The notes under the pieces: model-generated
The model's database searches: none
What the model was told of the DNA's origin: nothing
The model's input: the letters and a program-made list of their open reading frames with translations, nothing else
Made by a program: the position numbers and the translations under genes
Source: Paraspadella gotoi
Lineage: Eukaryota; Animalia; Chaetognatha
DNA: 64,000 nt
Assembly (NCBI GenBank): GCA_051294375.1
Contig: CM119270.1
Span: forward strand, 18,077,710-18,141,709
Reading direction: 5' to 3'
Part shown: positions 54,311 through 64,000 of the stretch, in pieces
Layout: every line of letters starts with the position of its first letter
Position numbering within the stretch: position 1 is the first letter of the stretch

Positions 54311-55190
54311 AGGATGAATTTAGGGATAAATCTGAACTAAACTCAATGAACATGAAAATACTTATTTTAAAATTTCAAATCATGGTAAAAGATATGAGTA
54401 ATTTAAAAAAATAAAAGATAAGCAAAGATTGTGTCAGAGGCAAAAAAAGCAGGAATGATACAAAAAGATTTTAAGTGAAAAGGCTGCTTTAAAAATGTGG
54501 GTAAAAATTATCTTATTTTTAAAAAGCAACATAAGAAGATATAGATTTACAGATACGTATAAAAATAATTGATGAAGCATATGCTGAGCAACTTGTTTTC
54601 ATCCTTTTTATCTTAAAAACTTTATCAAGCAAAAGCATTAGCGAATTTTGTATGCAACCAAAGCAATTTCAAAATTAAGGATTTAAAATCTAATGCTTGA
54701 AATACAATTCTACATTTTCTCTTCTGGAATCGTCAAAAAATGTTATTTTATTTCTTTTATCGATCTACTAAATTGAATTAAAAAAAAACCTAAAGCATTA
54801 TCAAAGAAGCTGCAAACAATGAATTTATAACATCTTTCTTTTAAAAAAATAAGAAATAAGTTGAAGAAACGCGATTAAAATTTTTTATTATGTATAAATC
54901 TCATAATCTATTTTTGTAATCTATCATTAAAAAACTTGTGCAAAATATTTTTTTGGATAATTTTTCTTCGCATTTTTAAAATTCATTAATTATACTAATT
55001 ATTCTTTTTTGGCAGCAATACTAATTTTTTTGAATTTAGATAGTATATTCATATTTTGTAAAAATGTTTCAAAAGCATTCAACCCCTTATCGCTAATTCC
55101 TTATCCTACATTTTAGCCTTAATTCCTAATCTTTATCCCTATTTAAATTTTTCATCCAAAGCCCTCAGCAAATAATAATCCCTCTCCTTA

Positions 55191-55667
55191 ATCATCTCTA
55201 ACCATAATCCCTTACCTTAATTGCTAACATCATCTCTAACCATAATCCCTAACCTTAATTGCTAAAATCATCTCCAACCATAATCCCTAACCTTAATCGC
55301 TAACATCATCTCTAACCATAATCCCTAACCTTAATCGCTAACATCATCTCCAACCATAATCACTAACCTTAATCGCTAACATCATCTCTAACCATAATCC
55401 CTAACCTTAATCGCTAACATCATCTCTAACCATAATCCCTAACCTTAATTGCTAAACATCTCTCCAACCATAATCCCTATCCTTAATCGCTAACATCATC
55501 TCTAACCATAATCCCTCACCTTAATCGCTAACATCATCTCCAACCATAATCCCTAACCTTAATCGCTAACATCATCTCTAACCATAATCCCTAACCTTAA
55601 TCGCTAACATCATCTCTAACCAAAATCCTTTCCTTAATCGCTAACATCATCTCTAACCATAATCCCT
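55191..55667. repeat. 38-bp minisatellite (catcatctctaaccataatccctaaccttaatcgctaa)n, ~12 copies
   Basis: Tandem copies read directly, just downstream of the GTPase stop codon. Confidence 0.9.
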
Positions 55668-55731
55668 TTTCCTTTTCTGTTAACGTGACTCCTTACCAAA
55701 TCTCTACACTTTTACTTTTACAGAGAATTTT

Positions 55732-57256
55732 TTAGAGAATATTGCAAGAACTCTCAGTCACAGCGATTCGTTGTTTTCGCTCCATCAATACAGCATCATA
55801 CAACCTTTTTCTATCGGCTTTGATGCTCTCATACGGAGCATTTGGAGGAAAAGCCGTCGTAAAAACATATTCTACTGAGGTAGCATAACCTTCAGTTGCG
55901 TATTGGGAACAAAGTCCTGGGTTTATGCCCAAAATACTTCCCATTCCCACGATGTTGTTCGTCTTTTCCGACAATGTCAGATTGTCGGCTTTGTTATAAA
56001 TAAAAACAAAATTATTCGTAAAATCCTGATAACGAAGCCACTTCATGTAGTCCCTAAGAGCTTCTTGCTGAACTTTTTCAATTCTTCCTGATAAAATTAT
56101 AACAACGACATCTATGTAAACAACATTTCCTTTGATTCTCTCCTTGATCCACTGGTAGATATCGTCTTTCTTCATTTTAGAGTCGCAAAGACCAATCGTA
56201 TCTATGATATTGGCATTGACTTTCTCTCCAAATTTTGATTCTTTGTCAAGAACCATGTGTGGTTTGAAGACTCCCCGAAAGTAAATGACATCTCTCGTGA
56301 CAGAATGAACGGTAGCAGCAGATTTACTTACTTCTTGATTAAAGAGAATGTTTATCAAATGAGATTTTCCGCAGCCGGTTGGGCCAAGGAAGAGAATGTT
56401 GAAAAATTCTTTCTGGGCTTTATCTAGGATATTTTTACTCGTTAAATATTTCACGAATATCTCAATCTGGGGGTAGAGTTTCTTAAGGCTCGAGTTTTCC
56501 TGTTCTTTCAAGTTACCCGGTATGGTGTTAATTATCTTTTTTGCATCGTTTTTCAAGTGCTTGGCAAACGTTCTCATGATTTTACTTTCATTACTAGTCA
56601 GCTGAAAAGAGACCCAACATCCGGAGTGGATGTAACGAGCAACATGTTCAGAGTTTCGTAATAACAATGAAAAGTTTGACACACCACAAATATGAGTCAT
56701 GCGTTCTTTAACTTTATGGTCCATTCTATAGAAAAAAGAAGGTAATTATTATATATATCGAAAATAGATGCTATGCAGTGCGAATGGGTTTTAATCAAAC
56801 CGTCCCACTCAAACTCAAGATTGCAAGTTGGGTGCAGTTATTCCAATTTGCGAGCGGGCCTCGTGTGGATTTAAAACAAAAAAATAGCAATAATACTTAT
56901 TATCCCCTAAATTATTACCGGAAAGTATCATGAACAATGTATAAATTGTTTTTTTCACCATTTTCCGAGATACTAATGTATCCTGTTGCATCGTTATGCA
57001 CCATCAAGGAGCAATTTCCATAAGCCTGATGACCAAACTCCAGGAACCATTTCCCATCAGTCAAAAAAAAATGCCTGTAACTGGATAGTCCATCAAAATC
57101 AGAATCTATGGAGCACAGTTGAAGTTCATGTTCAAAATTTTCCAATGCTTGTAGCTGAGCTTCTCGAAGTGGTACATCACATAGCAACATATGGGGATGA
57201 TTCCACGTTTCTATCTCAGCTTCAATAGAAGCAGGTGTTGTTAAAAGGAGGCCCAT
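55732..57256 (-). CDS. Fusion protein: LRAT/NlpC-P60-like N-terminal domain plus TRAFAC-class (AIG1/GIMAP-like) P-loop GTPase, CaaX terminus; exons 56919-57256, 55732-56725 (443 aa)
   Basis: Phase-2 intron cg|gtaata...ctatag|a is in frame. G1 GPTGCGKS, G2-like SVT, G3 DTIG, G4 NKAD. FSLLLRNSEHVARYIHSGCWVSFQ resembles the LRAT NCEHF..G..S.Q signature. Ends SSCNIL*. Confidence 0.85.
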
Positions 57257-57509
57257 TTTTATCAAAATCAGTTGAATGAAGAGGCAATATAAATTGTGAA
57301 CGCTATATCGGTAGATTGTATAAGGCGAATTGTGCAAAAATCTAAAAAAAGAAAAAGGGTAAAAATAATGTTTTTTTTTTAATCTAGGAATCATATTCGT
57401 CGTATTTATTACGGGGTTGAATTCAAAACGTACACGAAGTGGTATAACAAAAAGCAATCAAAACTTGAATGAGAAAAGATAGAAAGAAATAAAGAAAAGA
57501 AAAGAAAAA

Positions 57510-57577
<68 letters not shown>

Positions 57578-58697
57578 AAAAAAGAAACAAAGAAACAAAG
57601 GGAGAACGAAAGATTGAAACAAAGAAAACGTGACAAAGACAAAGTAAAATCAACGAAAGAAACAAAGAAATTATTCAGCCAGTCAACCAACCAACCAGCC
57701 AGCCAACCAGCCAGTCAACCAGACAGCGAATATTCCAATGAACCACTTAATCCAATTTTTTTCTCGCCCCAAAGTGACTCGTCTCTTTGGACCGTAAACG
57801 GACGGGGGCGTGTGACAATAATCTCGGTTTACGCAGCGCGTATTTATTTCATTTCAATTTCTTTTTGTGGTTTGTATTTTAGTTGCGCAGCGAGTACTCG
57901 CGGAGCAACTCTAAAAGTCACTTTTCGGTCGGTCTGTCGGTAGGTATGTCTGTCCGACGATCCGACCCACTTACGTTAAAAATGAACATAATTTGCCTAT
58001 AGTTAGTTTCTCATTTGTTAAGACAGAAAAAAGCTCAAATCTAAAGGACTGCTAGCGCTGCCTTCAGAAAATCATAAAACTATAAAGAATAAAAGACGGA
58101 TTTCCGATGCAGTGCATGTCATAAATACACGGGCTAAGAGAGTTAGTGTAGTCATGTCACGTCGTCATGAAATATTATGTCATGACATGTCACGAGAAAT
58201 ACACGTGATAAGGCAGTCACTGCGGCGAAACACATTTGTATTACCGTTCTTGTTAAAGATTTTAATTCCTTTTTCAACATGTCCATTAATGTTTGTTGTT
58301 TCTTTTTTGCTTTTGTCATTAATTCATAAAATTATTAACGAAATTCTTATCAAAAATTGTTAATTTAACGGATTACGTGTTGAAGTATATTTTTTTTATT
58401 ATTTCGTTCTTCATAAAATGTTTGATACTCAATGTCAAAATCGATCGAATGCAGATTAGTAGGAAGTTGAAGCTAAACTTTTATCGCGTCAACATTGACT
58501 TCTTTGTTCTCATTGTCGACTGAGTTTGTCAACTTGACATCGTTGAACTCGTAATATCCATCTCCCAGTTGTTGTCGTTGTTGTTGTTGTTGTCGTTGTT
58601 GTCGTTATTGTTCTCGTCGTTGGATAAAGAATGGAATATTTTCTCATTGTAATTCTTTTCTCCAGGTTTAACTTTCTTTTCTTATTCATTATATCAC

Positions 58698-58772
<75 letters not shown>

Positions 58773-59416
58773 CTTTTCAAAACTCCCGAGAGGCTCGGGA
58801 TTTGTCGCCCGATCGAAATCGTAATCTCCTTTGTTCGTTACCTTCTTTACCTTTCGTTTGAACTTAATATATGCGAAGGAACTCTTATTTTTAATTCAAA
58901 TGAATGTTTAAGCCTTTTTTTAAGAGCGACATAAGTTGTTTTTGTTTGTTTTTTTTTTTTTTTTGTTTTTTTTTACATTTTTTTTTTACTGCTAGGATTT
59001 TGTGTCAAATTCCATCGATCGAAATCAGGAAAAAGTTTTATACCGGATTCGTCGGAGTGATCATCGTGGTCGTCTTCATAGTCGTCGTCATCGTCGTCGT
59101 TGTCGTCATCGTCGTCGTCTTCTAAGTTGGATTCTCCCTTGAAAATGTACAAGTCTTTCTTTTCCATTTTCGTCGTCGTCGTCGTCGTCGTCTTCATAGT
59201 CGTCGTCGTCGTTATCGTAAATTTCGTTGTGCGATTGTTTGAGTCATCGTCGGCGTAATCGGGTTTTTTTTGCTGTTGTTGTTATTGTTGTTGTTGTTGT
59301 TGTCAATTTTATTTCGATGAGAATTAAATTTAAAAAAGTTTAATCGACTTTCCTGCTTCAAGATTTAATTTACCTTGACTAATAGGTTACGGTCGTCGTC
59401 GTCGTCGTCGTCGTCG

Positions 59417-59447
<31 letters not shown>

Positions 59448-59565
59448 AACGTTGTCGTCGTCGTCGCATCAGTTCACTACATCGATTAACAACGAAAAAA
59501 AATCGGAATATTTTTTTTTCTTCTAATTATTCTAGTTTCGCTTTTGTATAATAACATGACGAAGC

Positions 59566-59658
<93 letters not shown>

Positions 59659-59769
59659 GATACATTCGTCGTCGTAATGAGAGAATCGCGATTTAGAGTT
59701 TTGGACGAAAAGTAGTTTCCCCACCCGAAATTTCATTTCTTGAACTGGACTGACAACATTTTCTTGTGG

Positions 59770-59857
<88 letters not shown>

Positions 59858-59868
59858 AGAGAGAGAGG

Positions 59869-60981
59869 AGAACTTAAGTCATAAGTAATTCGTACTGGTT
59901 TGATTTGTCAACGTTGAATTTTTAATAAATCACAAAAACTACAGCGGGCGTTGCTTATTCCAGTTTATTCGTTTATTTTAGAAGAGAGATAGGATTACAC
60001 GACGAAGAAGAGAGATAATAATGAAATGAAGAAATTCAAAAATATATACAAATACAAATAAATCAAAACTCACTTTTGACATTTAAACATTTTCCCACAC
60101 GTAGCATATTTTCAATTTTAAAAGTGAGCGTTTTGATTTCGTGAAAGAATTGGTTTAAAAAAACTGACGAAGATCTTTTGTTTCCCGACTCAAAGTAAAG
60201 CAACGCTTGTGGCGGAATTTACGGAAAGTAGTGAAAACAAAAGCAATGTCCATTGAATTGACTTTGTGCAGAAAAGTAGGGTAAAATCAGAACGAGAAAT
60301 GAATTTAACTTCATCGAAATACGAATCGTACCCGTTTTCATTAAATATCCATTCGCCCTTATAATCGACTTCCATCCTGTTGAAACAAAAAATATTTACA
60401 AAAATAACTTGAAAATGTTCGAAACGAACGAATTCTGTTAGTGGACCCGCAAAGAACCAGGAATCTTAAATTGAAATGAATTGTAATTTTTTTTTCTCGA
60501 GATTTGGCTTATTTTTTCTATACAATCAATAGAAATAACTAAGGCGGCGTTGCTCTTAGTATTTTTATTTTAAAAACCAAGGTAAACAAACAATAACCAG
60601 AGCAGATTGTCTTAACATACAATTGAAACATTCTTTGAAACATTATACCACTTCATTGATAGGGAAGCCAGGTACTCTGGGAGTGAATAAACGAGACTGT
60701 GAGAGAGTCTTGATTGAAAGCTTGCAGAGACCTGCTATGTCATTATCTTGTAAGAGTGATGGAGGCCTTAAACCACAAAAGCCTGTCCAAAGTCAAATTT
60801 TTATATTGGTTGTATCAATTTCATACAATTAAAATATTTTATATGAAAATAAGTTTAACACGAGAAATTGGATCAAAACTTAAAGATTAATTTACCTNNN
60901 NNNNNNNNNNNNNNNNNNNNNNCATATTCTTCTCTTTGTCAATTTCGCTACTAATTATTTCGAGTTCTCTCTCTCTCTTCC

Positions 60982-61059
<78 letters not shown>

Positions 61060-61137
61060 TCATAAAGGAACCAATCATTAATCTTATCCAACACAAATTT
61101 CGCGCCGTGATTCTACATCGCGAGTCTGTGATTCCAG

Positions 61138-61172
<35 letters not shown>

Positions 61173-61249
61173 GAGAGAGAGAGAGAGAAGTTCCGCGTTC
61201 TCTTTAATTATGAGGCGGGATGACAACATGACCGCCGGCGTGCAAAGAG

Positions 61250-61320
<71 letters not shown>

Positions 61321-61464
61321 AGTACAACTCAAGTGCATCCGTTACAGCGGGTAAATGGTCGTCTGTAGAAGAGTGGGTCTTGTATCATTACCGGTTATGG
61401 GCCTCATCTTGGCTGAAAAGAAAAAAATTTGGAATAAAAAAAAACTATCTTAAACTCTTTCTCT

Positions 61465-61533
<69 letters not shown>

Positions 61534-61679
61534 GTCTCCCACTATTTGCCACATACCCACGTGTCCGAAGAAAGAGGAGGAAGAGGAAGAGGAAGGGGCG
61601 GGAGCAACCGAGGGAAGACAAGAGCAGCTCGGCATCAACGGCCTCTGGTGGCAGAAGCCGAACATCCACTCACGCCAAC

Positions 61680-61767
<88 letters not shown>

Positions 61768-61845
61768 ATCTCCTCCAGGAGTTCTTTCCTCCCTTCCGCC
61801 TCCGTCTCCTCCTCTCGATTCTCCTCTTCCTCTTCTTTCTCTCTG

Positions 61846-61877
<32 letters not shown>

Positions 61878-63471
61878 TCTCTCTCTGCTCTCTCTCTCGA
61901 AGAAATTCTGCCCGACTTTTTTACTTTCGCCGCCAAAATTTTTGGCTCTACATCTCCATCTCTCTCTCTCTCTCTCTCTCNNNNNNNNNNNNNNNNNNNN
62001 NNNNNGGAGAAGAGGGGGAACGAGGACGATGGCGGGCCGGAGAGTCAAGAGAGCGAGCGCGACATGCATGGAATAAAGGAAGGGGAAAAGAATGTGAGAG
62101 CCGGTAGGATAGGAGGGGCGGATGAGATGAGAGAGAGAGAGGGGATCCTGGTAGAGGGGGAGGATAGGAGCCCTGAAGACCGAGAGTTGAGAGAGAGAGA
62201 GAGAGTGAGAGAGGAGATGAGAGAGAGAGACGAGAGAAGAAGAGAAGAATTAGAAGTAGAGGGAGAGGAACTTAAGATAGTAATTCGTTACCTGGTTTTG
62301 CACTCATTTTTCAACCGTTGAATTTTTATAAATCACAAAAACTACAGGCAAGGATGCCGTTGCTTATTTCCAGTTATATTCTGTTTTTATTTTAGAAGAG
62401 AGGAGATAGGTATTACACCGACGGACCAGAATTAGAGACAGATAATAATGAAATGAAAGAAATTTCAAATAATACGTATAAAATACAAATTAATCAGAAA
62501 CTCAATCTTCTGACATTTAAACTTTTTTCCCACAGCGTTAAGCACTAATTTTTCAATTTAAAAGTGAGACGATTTTGATTTCGTGAAAAGAATTGGTTTA
62601 AAAAAAACTGACGAAGATCTTTTTGTTTCCGAACCTCAAAGACTAACAGCAAACGCTTGTGAGCGGAATTTACGGAAAGTAGTTGAAAACCAAAAGCAAT
62701 GTCCATTGAAATTGAACTTTTGTGAAAAAGTAACCTAGTGGTAAAATAGAACGAGAAATGAAATTTCAGATTCATCGAAATACGAATCGTACCCGTTTTC
62801 ATTAAAATATCCATTTCTGCCCTCTATAACTCGACTACCACTCCTGTTGAAACAAAAAGAATATTTTACAAAAAATAACCTTGAAAATGTGTTCGAACAC
62901 GAAGTACGCGACATTCTGTATTAGGTGGACACCGCAAGAACCCAGGAATCTTAAATTGAAAATGAGATTTGTAATTTTTTTTTCTCGAAGATTTTGGCTT
63001 ATTTTATTCTATACAATCCAATAAGAAATAACTGAAAGGCGGCGTTGCTCTTGCAGTATTTTTAATTTTAAAAACCAAGGTAAAAACAAACAATAACCAG
63101 GAGCAGAATTGTCTTCAACATTACAAATTAGGACAACAGTTCTTTGAAACTATACCCACTCATTGATAGGCGAAGCCAGGTACTCTGGGAGTGAAATAAA
63201 CGAGACTGTGAGAGAAGTACTGATTGAACTTGCAGAGACCCTGCTATGTCACTTATCTTGTAAGGAGTGATGGGAGGCCCTTAAACCACAAAAGCCTGTC
63301 CAAAGTCAAATTTTTATATTGGATTGTATCAATTTCACTTACAATTAAAATATTTTTATATGAAAATTGAAGTTTAAACGCAGAAAGTTGGATCAAAACT
63401 TAAAAGATTATATTTACACTCATATATTCTTCTCTTTGTCATTTCCGCTACTATAATGTATCTCTTCTGAG

Positions 63472-63507
<36 letters not shown>

Positions 63508-64000
63508 AGTAACCTACCGAGCTCCTCTCGCGATCTCTGTCTCTACTCTCTCTTCTCTCTCCATATCTTCTCATCTCTTCTCTCGTCGTTCATAAAAGGG
63601 AACCCAATCATTATCTTATCCAAACACAAATATATACGCAGCCGTGATTCTACATCGCCGAGTCTGTGATTCCAGGACAGAGAGAGAGAAGAGAGAGAGA
63701 GACCAGATAGAGGGGAGAGAGAGAGAGTAGAGAGGAGAGATGAGATGACGCAGAGAAAGACCACGACAGAGACGAGAGATACATCCGGCGTCTCTTTGAA
63801 TTTAGTGAGCGCGGGAGATGACAACATGACCCTCGGGGCCACTCCGGCGATGGCACTAAGAGAAAAGAGAGAGATAAAGACGAGAGATGAAGGAGAGACG
63901 GGACGATGAGAGACGAGAGAGAGGGAAGAATTGGAAGAAGACGACGGATGAGGACGAGATTGAGTAGACCTGAGAGAGCTTACAACTCTAAGTGCATGCA
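59869..64000. repeat. Duplicated ~1.5-kb segment (59869-61340 vs ~62268-64000); second copy rich in indels
   Basis: Collinear sequence with many scattered 1-3 nt insertions in the second copy, following an N gap. Confidence 0.8.
60190..60376 (-). CDS. Probable terminal exon of an unidentified gene with a hydrophobic C-terminus; possible upstream micro-exon 61393-61413
   Basis: Acceptor tttcaacag|g precedes MEVDYKGEWIFNENGYDSYFDE..WTLLLFSLLSVNSATSVALL*. The candidate micro-exon QDEAHNR is phase compatible. No family recognised. Confidence 0.3.

Noticed and set aside
58973-59480. Acidic poly-Asp ORF
   Set aside because: Derived from (GTC)n/(GTT)n microsatellites; no convincing splice-supported frame.
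62268-64000. Diverged paralogous or pseudogenic copy of 59869-61340
   Set aside because: Differences are dominated by scattered small insertions typical of unpolished long-read sequence.

Overview
Eukaryotic, most likely invertebrate animal, genomic DNA: AT-rich introns, mostly GC-rich exons, abundant (GA)n/(CT)n microsatellites, N gaps and visible indel noise. Most ORF-track entries are microsatellite or antisense shadows; the real genes are spliced. Manual exon assembly gives: the 3' part of a chitin-deacetylase-like gene ending in a CBM14 domain (+); an SLC13-type transporter (-); two tandem paralogues with a Sushi/CCP-like ectodomain, one TM helix, a long disordered tail and a C-terminal C3HC4 RING (+); a disrupted fibrinogen-related domain gene (+); a UBE2D-type E2 (+); an SLC36/PAT amino acid transporter (-); an EPS8-like PTB...SH3 adaptor (-); and a two-exon gene fusing an LRAT/NlpC-P60-like domain (NSEH in place of NCEH) to a P-loop GTPase, with a possible N-myristoylation start and a CaaX end (-). 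Mobile DNA includes a miniature LTR element with a tRNA-Trp PBS and tRNA-type Pol III boxes inside its LTRs, nested in a foldback element, plus a related solo LTR, Helentron/HINE-like elements and two dispersed repeat families. Best candidates for novelty: the LRAT-like/GTPase fusion, the Sushi-TM-RING receptor-ligase pair, the Pol III-LTR element, and tandem arrays that duplicate real splice sites. All family assignments come from motif recognition by eye; no searches were run.
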